55,526 nucleotides of DNA from Nitrososphaeraceae archaeon (GTDB lineage: Archaea; Thermoproteota; Nitrososphaeria; Nitrososphaerales; Nitrososphaeraceae). A model generated the notes under the pieces. The model saw only the letters and a list, made by a program, of their open reading frames with translations, was not told the DNA's origin and ran no database searches. This document shows positions 1-11,233 of the stretch, piece by piece; within the stretch, counting starts at the first letter, position 1, and every line of letters starts with the position of its first letter. A program made the translations under genes and the position numbers. The stretch lies in NCBI GenBank assembly GCA_035297365.1, contig DATGZA010000077.1, positions 1 through 55,526 of the forward strand. The letters run 5' to 3'.

Positions 1-48
<48 letters not shown>

Positions 49-198
49 AATCCGCCATCCTTTATTTTGAAATATTTTGTATACTCTGTTGTTATAAATA
101 ATAGATTCGTTTCTTGTTTGCATTTCCTTAGCTATTTTGAAAATGTTTTAAATTTTCTTTGTAGATTTTTCTATTACATAAAAATCAAACAAAATATT

Positions 199-1320
199 TT
201 ATTGAATAAATTTTTGAAGGATCATTTCTGTCCACCTTCTTCCGCTGCTCTTCAGTACGTGACACTCGATACCTAACAATAATTCTCTCATCATCTTCTT
301 TTCATCCTCTAATAAATCGTAAGCTGTTTTACCTTCGAACCTAACATATTTTATTAAATCGCTATATGGAGGAAACAGAAAAGCGTCATCACTATTCTCT
401 ATTGCTCTTTTTAAAGCATCATCAGTTGATATCTTCTCCATTTTCTCGACGTTCTGTCCTTCTTCCCCTTTCTCCAAGAAAAAAAGGAAGTTTATCATTG
501 TCTTGTCTTGAATCTTAGCTTCTTTTATGATATCCCTTATATGATATTTTGGAGGTTTTATTTTTGTCTGTCCTATTGTATTTATTGTAAAAATTGGGAC
601 ATTATGGTCAGCTAGCTTGTGCATCAAACTCCTACCTGTTTTTGAATGAATTAGACTTCTAATCCTCATTCCTTTTTTATCATTACTTTCATTTACTTCA
701 TCTTGCTTCTGTTCTACAGACTGTGCATCTATAGCCGTTTTGTAAGTGTGTGAACTAATAGTCATCGATTTTGGAAAACATAGAGCCTGGTTAGGTAGAT
801 TTATTATAGTCATATCATCCGATAAAAAGGAAAATCCTTTTTTTACACATTTGATGACAGTAGTTGTCTTTCCTGTGTCAGGTGGGGCAGAAAGAAAAAA
901 ACCAATTCCATCAGGCGTTGACATACAAGCAGAGTGTAAAAGGATATAACCTTTAGAAAGAAAGAGAAATCTCAACAGAGGTTCAATCAAATTAACATAG
1001 GTAACATGCTTTGACTTTGAAATTAACTCGTTAATTAAAATCTCTAGTTTATTACAATCAACATTTATCTGAAATTGTGCACCAGACCTCCCAAAATGCT
1101 CGGTATATTTTATCTCATAAGACGTACTTCCAGATTCAAAGTCTTTTACAATTAATTTTCTTTTTGTACGCATTTTTGACATATCTGGATCTCTAGAAAA
1201 GGAATTGACAGACAATGTGATATCCGGTTCACTGAATTCTTTTGATACAAAATATTCCAATTCCTGTAAATTTATCTCAGATTTAAGCTTGATTATGTCA
1301 TGAATATTATAGTAATACAA
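199..1320 (-). CDS. HPr-kinase-like P-loop protein
   Basis: LLHSAC motif, Walker A variant SAPPDTGKTT and FLSDD motif as in HprK-related kinases; TTG start. Confidence 0.7.
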   Translation of the reverse strand: MYYYNIHDIIKLKSEINLQELEYFVSKEFSEPDITLSVNSFSRDPDMSKMRTKRKLIVKDFESGSTSYEIKYTEHFGRSGAQFQINVDCNKLEILINELISKSKHVTYVNLIEPLLRFLFLSKGYILLHSACMSTPDGIGFFLSAPPDTGKTTTVIKCVKKGFSFLSDDMTIINLPNQALCFPKSMTISSHTYKTAIDAQSVEQKQDEVNESNDKKGMRIRSLIHSKTGRSLMHKLADHNVPIFTINTIGQTKIKPPKYHIRDIIKEAKIQDKTMINFLFFLEKGEEGQNVEKMEKISTDDALKRAIENSDDAFLFPPYSDLIKYVRFEGKTAYDLLEDEKKMMRELLLGIECHVLKSSGRRWTEMILQKFIQ

Positions 1321-1648
1321 ATATGCAAAATTAATAATTTTAGATTGAATTTAAATAGTATTACTATATCTTATATAACAATCTTCAATATTCATTAATG
1401 TCATCGTGTATTGTGGTATCTTGTATTTTAGACTAATTTTACAATATTTTAAAATAAAAAGAATTTTCATCCCACCTTTGTAATTATTTTTATATTTTCT
1501 ATAAAAATATATAAAAATAAGTAGGATTTTTTTTATATGATTCGTTTAAAAAATGAGTATAATTTTCTTAGTTAAAAAATATATAAAAAAATGTTATCAA
1601 ATTTACTCACGATAATTTTAATACACCGATTGAAACTATAGAACTAAA

Positions 1649-2452
1649 GTGCAAACTAATCATCATCAAGATACATTTAAAACTAAAAGTATGTTCACTT
1701 TATCGATAATTATTCCTACTTATAATGAATCTGGAAATATTATCAAATTATTAGACAAGATCAAAGAAAATCTTTATCATAATATATTTACCGAAATTAT
1801 TGTAGTTGATGACAGTTCTCCAGACGGTACAGGAAATATTGTTCAAAATTATATAGCCAATGATGATGATTACAAGAAAAAAAACAATTCATTTAAAGAG
1901 AATATTAACTATTCAATACACGTTCTTAATAGAAAAGAAAAGAATGGATTGATTCCTGCTATTCTTGAAGGTGTAAAATTCTCCCAGGGTGATTATATAC
2001 TTGTTATGGATGCAGACTTTTCGCATCCTCCAGAAATTATTCCTCGAATGGTTGAAAAGTTATTAGATGATTCTAATTCAATAGTTATTGCATCAAGATA
2101 TATAAAAAATGGAGCAATAGTTGGCTGGCCATTTAAAAGAAGACTAATCAGCAAAGGTGCTGCGATAATCGCAAAAATTGGGTTACATGTCAATAATGTC
2201 ACAGATCCAATGTCTGGATTCTTTGCTGTGCCACGATCTTTAATGGAAAATTTACAAATTGATACGAAGGGTTACAAGATCCTATTAGAAATTCTCGTTA
2301 AATCAAAACATATGCACATCTACGAAATTCCATATACATTTACTGATAGAAAATCAGGTAAAAGTAAGATGGGTTATAATGTTATTTTTGATTATATTGG
2401 TTCAGTATGGCAGTTATATAATTACGGCAGAAAAAAATACGAAAAGAAATAA
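1649..2452 (+). CDS. Polyprenol/dolichol-phosphate mannose synthase-like GT2
   Basis: IIIPTYNE, VVDDSSPDGT, MDADFSHPP, DPMSGFF, GYKILLEIL, RKSGKSK motifs. Confidence 0.9.
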   Translation: MQTNHHQDTFKTKSMFTLSIIIPTYNESGNIIKLLDKIKENLYHNIFTEIIVVDDSSPDGTGNIVQNYIANDDDYKKKNNSFKENINYSIHVLNRKEKNGLIPAILEGVKFSQGDYILVMDADFSHPPEIIPRMVEKLLDDSNSIVIASRYIKNGAIVGWPFKRRLISKGAAIIAKIGLHVNNVTDPMSGFFAVPRSLMENLQIDTKGYKILLEILVKSKHMHIYEIPYTFTDRKSGKSKMGYNVIFDYIGSVWQLYNYGRKKYEKK

Positions 2453-2524
2453 ATCTGATTACATTTATTCTCACTATGTGACGAATATATCTCATTTTGA
2501 GCATATATAATCATAAAATTATTT

Positions 2525-4075
2525 GTGTTGGGTGATGATGAAATAAGTCAACTGATTGAAAAGAAAGGATATGGTAAGAGCAACAAGATTGCATTACTTC
2601 TTATTCCATTAATATTAAGTGCCTTTACCCACACTTGGAATTTACTTGACTTTCCAAATTTGCATATTGACGAGGGACATTACATGAGAAAAACCATGTC
2701 TACGTTACAGGGCGAAAGTCTTCAACCACAGGATCGTTATTTTGCTCCTTATTTCGGTCAAATACTCATGGCTGGTATTATGGGATTAATCGGATATCCA
2801 GATTCGCTCAATCCTTCACCTACTGAAAATTCTATTCAAACTCTTTATCTAGTTCCACGATTAATTATGAGCCTTTTTGCAGTGATAGATACATTTCTAG
2901 TTTTTAAAATAACAGAAAGAAGATATGGTAGCAAAATTGCATTTATTGCGTCGATTCTTTTTGCAGTTGTACCCTACGGTTGGGCACTAAGACGAATATT
3001 TCTGGAATCGATACAATTACCATTACTGTTGACTTCGATTCTCCTAGTACTTTATTTGAAACAGAATTCTGACCAGGCGAAAAATACATTGGGATTCAGA
3101 AATATCTCTTTAATTCTTCTTTCAGGTGCATTTTTAGGTCTATCTATATTTACCAAGATTCCGGTTTTTACAATGATTCCACTGATAGGTTATCTTGTAT
3201 ATACAAATAGTCCTAACAAAAAACTAAAAAGCCTTGGACTTTGGTTTATTCCAGTTTTTCTTATTCCCTTGTTATGGCCAGCACATGCATATTCCATAGG
3301 TGAATTAAATATCTGGATTGATGATGTATTACACCAAACTCAAAGAGAAAGCAAGCCTCTAGTCAATTCCTTCACGTCTTTTGCAGAATCGGACCCAGTT
3401 TTATTCATATTGGCAATTGGCGGTCTTATCTACGCCGCTATTAGGAAAGACCTTTTCATCTTGTTATTTACTATCCCCTTTTTGCTATTTCTATACTGGA
3501 TTGATTTTGTGTCTTCCTTTCATTTTATTCCTTTGATGCCGGCATTTTCAATAGCAGGAGCAAAACTAATAGTAGAATTATCCGATCGTATTCCAAATAT
3601 AAAAATAAGGAAAATAACACCATATGCTGTAACATCTGCAATTACTATATTTGGATTGGCTACTACCATAATTCTTCTCTCTATCGATGCTAATTCTTCA
3701 ATCATAAAATCGCAGGCCGTGGTCATAGACTATATGCTAAAAAGCAATGGTACTGTAACTTTAGTAAGCAGTCCATTATTTGTCTGGATTCCTGAGCAAA
3801 TATTTCATATAGATATGGATGAGAGGAGCTATTTCTCCGCCAAACCGCTGAAAACTGGTGATTATGTAATAATTTCTGATAATGGATATAAAAAGATCAT
3901 GAAAGAAACAAGTAAAAGAGGTACATTCCATAAAACATTATTTGCAGAGACCCATTTAATAGAAACAATCAAACCAGATAATTCCATAAAAAAATATAAC
4001 ATAAACATTTATCCCTACACGAATCTAAAAGCATCTCCTGTATCAAAAGAGATAGATATTAGAGGAAACTACTGA
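2525..4075 (+). CDS. GT-C fold membrane glycosyltransferase (GT39/PMT/ArnT-like)
   Basis: DEGHY motif after first TM helix, many TM helices, GLSIFTK motif; follows Dol-P-sugar synthase. Confidence 0.8.
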   Translation: MLGDDEISQLIEKKGYGKSNKIALLLIPLILSAFTHTWNLLDFPNLHIDEGHYMRKTMSTLQGESLQPQDRYFAPYFGQILMAGIMGLIGYPDSLNPSPTENSIQTLYLVPRLIMSLFAVIDTFLVFKITERRYGSKIAFIASILFAVVPYGWALRRIFLESIQLPLLLTSILLVLYLKQNSDQAKNTLGFRNISLILLSGAFLGLSIFTKIPVFTMIPLIGYLVYTNSPNKKLKSLGLWFIPVFLIPLLWPAHAYSIGELNIWIDDVLHQTQRESKPLVNSFTSFAESDPVLFILAIGGLIYAAIRKDLFILLFTIPFLLFLYWIDFVSSFHFIPLMPAFSIAGAKLIVELSDRIPNIKIRKITPYAVTSAITIFGLATTIILLSIDANSSIIKSQAVVIDYMLKSNGTVTLVSSPLFVWIPEQIFHIDMDERSYFSAKPLKTGDYVIISDNGYKKIMKETSKRGTFHKTLFAETHLIETIKPDNSIKKYNINIYPYTNLKASPVSKEIDIRGNY

Positions 4076-4233
4076 ACTATCGCACAATAAATAAAAAATA
4101 TTTAATTTTTATAATACAACGTACTATGAAGTTGTTGGGGAATTTTATTCTGCAGATTCAAAAAAGATCGTCTGCATCATCTTCATTAATGTCTTAGAAT
4201 AGATTCAAATATACTTGACAATATTTTGACCAT

Positions 4234-5565
4234 ATGACTCTTTTAAATAATAATATTGAAAAAATTTCTTTTACTATTTTCATATTTGCTGGTATGCTTC
4301 TTTTATCAATATCTCTTGATGATATTGATGCTCAATCCAAAAAGAAATCAAAAAAAGATATCAATCCCATTTTAACTGATCCGAATTTAAAAGCTGAATT
4401 GATTATAGATGATCTGAATTTTCCAATAGGTATGGAAATTATTGGAAATGATGACTTTTTAATAATAGAAAAGAATACAGGTATAGTAAAAAGAATAGCT
4501 AATGGACAAGTAACTCAACTATTGGATCTGAATGTTGCATCAGAGAGTGAAAGAGGTCTTTTAGGAATTGCTTATTTGAATTTATCTAAATCGGGAAAAT
4601 TTTCAGAAGATGATGCTTCTTTAATTCCTTCTTATGTTTTTCTTTATGCTACTGAAACAGAAGGTCAGGACAATGGTAATATTTTAGGAAATAAACTTTA
4701 TAGATATGACTTTATTGATGGAAAGCTAGTAAATCCGGTACTGCTTTTGGATTTACCATTCACTCCAGGACCATCTCATAATGGCGGGGTATTGAGAATT
4801 GGACCAGATGGAAATTTGTATCTTGTTATGGGTGATCTTAATAGAATCAAAGATCCCAGCGGAGATACTATTGCCCAAAATCTTGAAGGAACATCTCTTC
4901 CAGATGGTAGAGGAGGTGTATTAAGAATTACACCCGATGGGGATACTGTCAACGATGGCTTCAGTTTGGGTAATTTAGGTCTACTAGACAAATATTATGG
5001 ATATGGTATTCGAAACAGTTTTGGTATTGGATTTGATAGTATTACAGGATATTTATGGGACACAGAAAATGGTTCTCATTATGGTGATGAAATTAACATT
5101 ATTAAGCCTGGCTTTAATAGCGGATGGAGACAAGTATTAGGAACTCCTAGTTTGTATAAGAGTATGACTGGTCAAGATTTTGATAGAAACAAGCTAATTA
5201 CATTTAATAATAAAGGCAAATATTACGATCCAGCTTTAACATGGAATCAAACCATCGCTCCCACCACAATTGCTTTTATTCATACAGACACATTAGGCGA
5301 TGAATATAAAGATGACGTGTTAGTAGGCGGTGTAAAAAACGGCACATTGCTTCATTTTGATCTTAATTCTACTAGAACCGGATTACAATTGACTGGACCA
5401 TTGGCTGATGGAATAGTTAATACTCCCTCAGAAATTAATGATGCGGTATTGGGTACGGGATTTGGTATTATTACAGACATAAAGATAGATCCAACAGATG
5501 GAGATTTATTTGTGATCGCCTCCAATACAAAAAATGGAAAAGTATTCAAAATTTCTCAATCATAA
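4234..5565 (+). CDS. Secreted PQQ-dependent sugar dehydrogenase (sGDH/Asd beta-propeller)
   Basis: Signal peptide; ERGLLGIA, HNGGVLRIGPDGNLY, YGIRNSFG, TENG..DEIN, GFNSGW motifs. Confidence 0.85.
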   Translation: MTLLNNNIEKISFTIFIFAGMLLLSISLDDIDAQSKKKSKKDINPILTDPNLKAELIIDDLNFPIGMEIIGNDDFLIIEKNTGIVKRIANGQVTQLLDLNVASESERGLLGIAYLNLSKSGKFSEDDASLIPSYVFLYATETEGQDNGNILGNKLYRYDFIDGKLVNPVLLLDLPFTPGPSHNGGVLRIGPDGNLYLVMGDLNRIKDPSGDTIAQNLEGTSLPDGRGGVLRITPDGDTVNDGFSLGNLGLLDKYYGYGIRNSFGIGFDSITGYLWDTENGSHYGDEINIIKPGFNSGWRQVLGTPSLYKSMTGQDFDRNKLITFNNKGKYYDPALTWNQTIAPTTIAFIHTDTLGDEYKDDVLVGGVKNGTLLHFDLNSTRTGLQLTGPLADGIVNTPSEINDAVLGTGFGIITDIKIDPTDGDLFVIASNTKNGKVFKISQS

Positions 5566-5881
5566 GGTATTTGATATAATATTGAGTTAAATCAAAAGAT
5601 AATTAAGTCACAATATTAAATCTATCGTTTTTTGGCTCTGATAGTTATAATATATTGCTGGAATAGTATTATTTCGTTTGTATTTAAATTATATATGTAT
5701 CATCAATGACACATTCTTTTATATACATTCTTTATCGTGGTAGTATTGTATTTTGTTTTTATTATCAATAGCTATAGTTACTTCTGGATGTTGAAATTAC
5801 ATATACTTTATCCAAAATTCAATACGTAATATAAGCGACGGATAAGATTAATCTTTTACTACAAAATTAGGAGTGATCTTA

Positions 5882-7759
5882 TTATCTTTTTATATTGTTA
5901 TCCTTAATCATCCTTTTTCGTCTCAAGAAAAAGAAAATTCCAGCTGAAACGCCAATTAGGATTGACAAAATTAATATCGTGATTAACATAGGAGTTTTGG
6001 TCGCTTCAATTTTGAAAATATATGATAATCCGTCATTAATAAAAGAAAATTGTATATTATTTCTTTTGTCAACCGAAACCAGTTCAGAAACTGTTTCATT
6101 TGTTTTTAAAAAAAATTGACTGCCAGAATCGAACCCCTCTACAATAAATTTTGTCTGCATTTTTGGCTCCGCAAAGACAGCATTCCATTTTTTATAATCC
6201 TTATTTTTGGAAAAATCATTATTAATTGATGAAATATTTACATGAGATAAATTAGGAACAACATACATACCAATAGTTGTCAGTTTGGTAAAGTTTTTAA
6301 TGGGTAGTATAATGACTGTATTGTTATTTGGAGATGCAATGTTGGTAACATTATTACCGTCTAACAATTTATTATCCATATTAACTATCTTGAGATTACT
6401 CTTCTTGTCAAAGAATAAAATAGAAGTATTATTAAAGTACGTATTCATTAGGATACTGTTCTTTGATAATTTTATATAATAGTCAACATTCTTATTTTTA
6501 TCTACTACGTTGGATTCAAAATTGTTCTTGAAAGTTCTATCCAATCTAATACCATGATTTAATCCACCTTCAATCACATTTCCAACAAATTTGTTATTTT
6601 TTGTTGCATAATCTGCTATATTTATTCCACTGTTCATTGATTTTCGGATGATGTTATTTTCAATCGTATTTAGAGAAGAATTCGAATATATATTTATACC
6701 ATAGTTATTACTTCCCGTAATGTTATTTTTTGTTATTAAATTACGACCAGTTTTTTTTAGAAAAATACCATTTCCGTTTTTGTCAATGATATTGTTATTG
6801 ATACTATTATCTTCTGACTCTGCTATCATTATACCCATGGTATTGGATTTTATCTTGTTACTTTCAATAATTACCTTCTTTGCTTGTTTGTCTACCAGTA
6901 TTCCAATACCAATATTATTTTCTAAAACATTATTTTTGATATCCACTGAATTGCAACCTCTTAGACATGCGATTGCATGTAAATTATTTTCATGTATCGT
7001 GTTATCAAAAACTTTAATATTGTTTGTTTTGGTGTCTAATTTAATACCTTCAAAATTGCTTTTTGATATGTCATTATTCTCAATTGTAATATCAGAAACA
7101 TTATTCACCAAATGTAAACCCAAATAATTTCCAGATATTGTATTATTGCTAATTAAACTCCCTTTACCAGAAAAATATGTTATTCCTTCTGTTCCAAGGT
7201 AACCCTTATATCCTAAATTCTCTAGGTAGGAATTTGTAATATTTGTCTTTCCAGAAGAATCCCAAAAGGTTAAGATATAAGGTCTAACGGTTTCAGGAGA
7301 GCTAACAACAGGTTGGGAATCACTTGTAGAATTCCACGAAGTTATTCTAGTATTATCTATTATTAAATTTCCTCTTGATGTGATGGAATAAGGTATATTG
7401 CTTGAATAATTGGAAGCTATTTTTATAACTTTAGATTTCGAACCATCAATAATTAATGTACCATTTTCTAATACTAGAATATTAGATCTTAACAACCATT
7501 CTTTATTTCCAATGCTTTCTAGGATATTTGAATTATTAAAAAAAGAAAATATCGTAGGAATCTCTACATTGTCATCACAAACTATTATTGTTTTTGTGAT
7601 GTTGTCATATTTCAAACAAATATTATCTCTGCCACTTTGTTCATTCACTTCATTTTGGTTGACTGCCATCGCTTCCAAAAATAAAAAATTAAATGCTAAA
7701 ACTAGTACAGAAAAAAACAAGGAAAAATGTACTAGTCTAACAATTAGTTGATAACGCAA
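5882..7759 (-). CDS. Membrane-anchored right-handed parallel beta-helix protein, AlgG-like
   Basis: Signal peptide; GNLIIDNTRITSWN...RPYIL...NITNSYLENLGY resembles AlgG; many NNxI..GI repeats; C-terminal TM helix with RRKR tail. Confidence 0.75.
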   Translation of the reverse strand: MRYQLIVRLVHFSLFFSVLVLAFNFLFLEAMAVNQNEVNEQSGRDNICLKYDNITKTIIVCDDNVEIPTIFSFFNNSNILESIGNKEWLLRSNILVLENGTLIIDGSKSKVIKIASNYSSNIPYSITSRGNLIIDNTRITSWNSTSDSQPVVSSPETVRPYILTFWDSSGKTNITNSYLENLGYKGYLGTEGITYFSGKGSLISNNTISGNYLGLHLVNNVSDITIENNDISKSNFEGIKLDTKTNNIKVFDNTIHENNLHAIACLRGCNSVDIKNNVLENNIGIGILVDKQAKKVIIESNKIKSNTMGIMIAESEDNSINNNIIDKNGNGIFLKKTGRNLITKNNITGSNNYGINIYSNSSLNTIENNIIRKSMNSGINIADYATKNNKFVGNVIEGGLNHGIRLDRTFKNNFESNVVDKNKNVDYYIKLSKNSILMNTYFNNTSILFFDKKSNLKIVNMDNKLLDGNNVTNIASPNNNTVIILPIKNFTKLTTIGMYVVPNLSHVNISSINNDFSKNKDYKKWNAVFAEPKMQTKFIVEGFDSGSQFFLKTNETVSELVSVDKRNNIQFSFINDGLSYIFKIEATKTPMLITILILSILIGVSAGIFFFLRRKRMIKDNNIKR

Positions 7760-7916
7760 TTGTGTTACTAATTTAAAAGTAGTCTGCTATATAAATGACG
7801 TTACAATTGTTAATCAGGTTTTCGCTATTTTTTTGCCATAAAATATTTATAGAAAAAAATGTAATTGTAGGGATACATATATAAAAAAAGTCTTCTAAGT
7901 ATACTCTGAAATATTA

Positions 7917-9212
7917 TTGTCAGTAAATAAATGTAAATATGTGTTTCTTCTGGTATCTTTTTCTATTCTACTTGTATTTAATATATGTATTTTTCAAACA
8001 AAGCCATTGCCGATAGAAGCTCAGCAACCATTATATAAAGAAAATAACGGACCTCCTTTCAATGGTGTAGATATGCATGGATACTATACACGTACCTCGC
8101 AAGCACGTGATGTAGACAACGATTTACCCCCAAATTACTTTGAAGAAAGTTTCAAGATTTTATCTTCATCAGGTATGAATCATGTTCGTTTTTTGGTTTT
8201 TTGGGAGGCGTACGCTAAAAATCCAGTACAATTTATCGAAGAGTTAAAAACAGTTGCGACCACAGCAGACAAATATAACATACATGTATTATATGATAAT
8301 CACCAATTTCATACCTCTTCATATCTGAATCCCCAAAGAGGAACTGGTTTTCCTTTTTCATTATTTGAAGGAGATTTTGCATTTTTTTATGGTAGTGGAG
8401 GAGGAACTAAATATCCTACTGCTAAAGTATGGTGGTCAAATTGGTGGGACAGAAACGTTCATGATAAGGATGGAAAGGATGGATGGACTTTACAAACAGA
8501 ATATTTTAAAAAGATAGTTGATACCGTTGACAATCATAAAAGTACAATTGGATATGAAATTTTAAGTGAACCACAAGTACATGATAAAACTCAATGGTCA
8601 AAGATAGGTAAATACAATACCTTCATGACAGATTTTCTAAGAAAGAGTACCACTAAAACTTTAGCATATAGTATGAGTATTCCTGTCTCTTTACAAAGTG
8701 CTATAGAACTTAATCCGATTAACTTGGCAAAAATGGCACCTGCAAATACCACAAACGTAATATTCAAAATAAGTGTTTATGGATTGCCACAGGGAAATAC
8801 TTATCAGGAATCTAGACTAGGTAATTTCGTTCAAGCTGCCGGTCTTGCAAACGTTCCGCTTTACATTGGTGAATGGAACAATGTAAAACGAGATAAAATA
8901 ATTGATGAAGAAGGAGAGATTATTACATTTATCAATGAAACATTCAGTAGTATTAACCAGACCGAGGCGGATCTTATGGTTGCAACTTTTAAAAATCTGG
9001 ACGTTTGGGGTTCTGCATTTTGGCAATGGCGAGTAGATTCTCACCAGGTCCAAAACTTTAACCTAATTAACGTTACTGATGGCAAAATATATACTACAGA
9101 ATTTTTTGATATAGTTAGAAACGCGTATCAATCTGTCTATGGTAATGCCACACACTCGACCAATACCACCAAGGTTCCAGTTACTGAAAGTCAATTGATG
9201 CTATCTGGATAG
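7917..9212 (+). CDS. Secreted glycoside hydrolase, GH5/clan GH-A
   Basis: Signal peptide; NHVRF..W, DNHQ, GYEILSEP (acid/base), VPLYIGEW (nucleophile), FWQW. Confidence 0.75.
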   Translation: MSVNKCKYVFLLVSFSILLVFNICIFQTKPLPIEAQQPLYKENNGPPFNGVDMHGYYTRTSQARDVDNDLPPNYFEESFKILSSSGMNHVRFLVFWEAYAKNPVQFIEELKTVATTADKYNIHVLYDNHQFHTSSYLNPQRGTGFPFSLFEGDFAFFYGSGGGTKYPTAKVWWSNWWDRNVHDKDGKDGWTLQTEYFKKIVDTVDNHKSTIGYEILSEPQVHDKTQWSKIGKYNTFMTDFLRKSTTKTLAYSMSIPVSLQSAIELNPINLAKMAPANTTNVIFKISVYGLPQGNTYQESRLGNFVQAAGLANVPLYIGEWNNVKRDKIIDEEGEIITFINETFSSINQTEADLMVATFKNLDVWGSAFWQWRVDSHQVQNFNLINVTDGKIYTTEFFDIVRNAYQSVYGNATHSTNTTKVPVTESQLMLSG

Positions 9213-9298
9213 ATTTTCATGGTCACATAAATCTATTTTTATTATTTGTTTCCCTAGTTGGATAATAAATAAATAAAATTCAAAAATTCAAAAAATAT

Positions 9299-11203
9299 TT
9301 ATGTCATAATTTGAGGTCTCTTTGATAGATATTTCGGTAAGTTCAATGGCATAAATGGCTTATCTTGTATCTCTATCTTGATTTTATTTATCAATAAGTC
9401 TAGGTTGGATTCATATTGATTGCTGCTGGTACGATCCCTTACAATCACCATAGTAGTTTCGACTTCCCTATCTCCTATCACTATGATAAATGGAATCCAC
9501 TCAGTTTCTGCTTCCCTTATTCTTTTTCCAACAGATTCTTCCCTATCGTCTATATCGGCCCTTATCTGATTTTTGGCAAAAATCTGTTCGATCTCCTCCG
9601 ATTTTTCAACATGATTTTTTTTTATGGGAATAATTCTTACTTGAGTATGCGTTAACCATAATGGAAATGATGGTCTTTCTCCTTTGTCCATAATTTTTGC
9701 AGCTTTTTCTAATAGAGCATATAATACTCTTTCAACAGCTCCACTCGGAGAATTATGTAAAATTATGGGATTCTTCTTTACTCCACTTTCGTCAACGAAT
9801 TCAATATTGTATCTTTTGCCATTTTCAACATCAATTTGATCAGTAGATAAGGCCGCTGCCTTTCCCAAATTATCAATGTAATTAAATTCCCACTTTAAAA
9901 CAAAATAGAAGAATCTTTCCTTCCACATTTCTACAAGTATTGGTTTTCCAAATTTTTTTAGGATTTGTAAAATAAAATCTCTATTCTCAATATAAAAGGG
10001 TTCTGTGAATCTGATTGCCATCTCTATGTCTTCCTCTATTTTCAAGTTGAAAGCAGATATTACATCTATAGACAAGTCCAATCTTTTTAGGAATTCTTCC
10101 TTTGATTGTTCCATATCTTTACATAATGCATGACAATCTGGCATACTAAATGCCCTGAGTCTCCTTAATCCTACTAATTCCCCGCTTTTTTCTCTTCTAA
10201 AACTATATCTAGTTAATTCATAAAGTTTTAGTGGAAGATTTTTATAAGTAATATGAAAATCCTTTGCCATTAAAAATTGACCAAAACATGCTGCAAATCG
10301 AAGAAATAATGTTTTATTATCCGATGATATATTATATTGTCTCGCAGGAAAGCGGTTAAAATAACTCTCCATAGATGGATGTTTTGTATCATACATGATT
10401 GGAGTTTCTACCTCAATTCCTCCATATTCAAGGACTTTTTTGGTTACATATTGTTCAATCAAAGATTTCATCAGTCTACCTTTTGGATAGAATCTAATAT
10501 TTCCTGGATCAGATGCAGGTTCGTAATCTGCTATACCCATTTTTCTCATTAATCTAACATGAGGAGGTTGTTCATCCACAATTCTTCTTTTGGCGGTTTC
10601 ATAATCTATAAGTTTCTTAAAGTTACCATCATTATTATAGTTGAACTTCTCCAAAGGAATCAAATTTCCATCCATATCTAGTATGAACCATGCTGATTCT
10701 TGTTTTTCTTCAAATTTTAAAGCTGACGATACAACCTCTATTTCATGCACATGGGAACGATCAGAAACCTCTCTCCCTATATTGTCTTGACTTTTGTTAA
10801 TGATTTTAAAATTTTCTGCAAGTGGATGTCCTTTTACACTTATGTTCAACGATTTTGTCCAACCAAAAGGAGCTCTTTCTACATTGTTAATGATCTTTTT
10901 CGCTAATTTCTCAAGTTCTATGATGAATTCAAAAGCATTTTTTGGTGAAGCTAAATCGGAACTTAAATGTGCATACGGATATATTAATAATTTATTGACT
11001 TTAATATTTTCTAAATAATTTTTTATCTCATTCAGGGCCTTGTCAATGATCTGTCTATCATCATATTTTTCTATGCAGACAAAGGCTACGACTAAATTAT
11101 CTAATCTCTTTGTTTCTAGTTTTATTTCATCTTCTGCATCTTTAAGTTCCTTTGAAATAGGTCTGTATTCAATAAAGTCAGCATGTAATTGCAGTAAACG
11201 CAT
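9299..11203 (-). CDS. thrS: Threonine--tRNA ligase (archaeal type)
   Basis: MRLLQLHADF editing domain, YPYAHLS, LRFAACFG, LRRLRAFSMPDCH, anticodon-binding C-terminus. Confidence 0.97.
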   Translation of the reverse strand: MRLLQLHADFIEYRPISKELKDAEDEIKLETKRLDNLVVAFVCIEKYDDRQIIDKALNEIKNYLENIKVNKLLIYPYAHLSSDLASPKNAFEFIIELEKLAKKIINNVERAPFGWTKSLNISVKGHPLAENFKIINKSQDNIGREVSDRSHVHEIEVVSSALKFEEKQESAWFILDMDGNLIPLEKFNYNNDGNFKKLIDYETAKRRIVDEQPPHVRLMRKMGIADYEPASDPGNIRFYPKGRLMKSLIEQYVTKKVLEYGGIEVETPIMYDTKHPSMESYFNRFPARQYNISSDNKTLFLRFAACFGQFLMAKDFHITYKNLPLKLYELTRYSFRREKSGELVGLRRLRAFSMPDCHALCKDMEQSKEEFLKRLDLSIDVISAFNLKIEEDIEMAIRFTEPFYIENRDFILQILKKFGKPILVEMWKERFFYFVLKWEFNYIDNLGKAAALSTDQIDVENGKRYNIEFVDESGVKKNPIILHNSPSGAVERVLYALLEKAAKIMDKGERPSFPLWLTHTQVRIIPIKKNHVEKSEEIEQIFAKNQIRADIDDREESVGKRIREAETEWIPFIIVIGDREVETTMVIVRDRTSSNQYESNLDLLINKIKIEIQDKPFMPLNLPKYLSKRPQIMT

Positions 11204-11233
11204 ATTCTAGAAACCTTCTAAATCTCTATCTTT

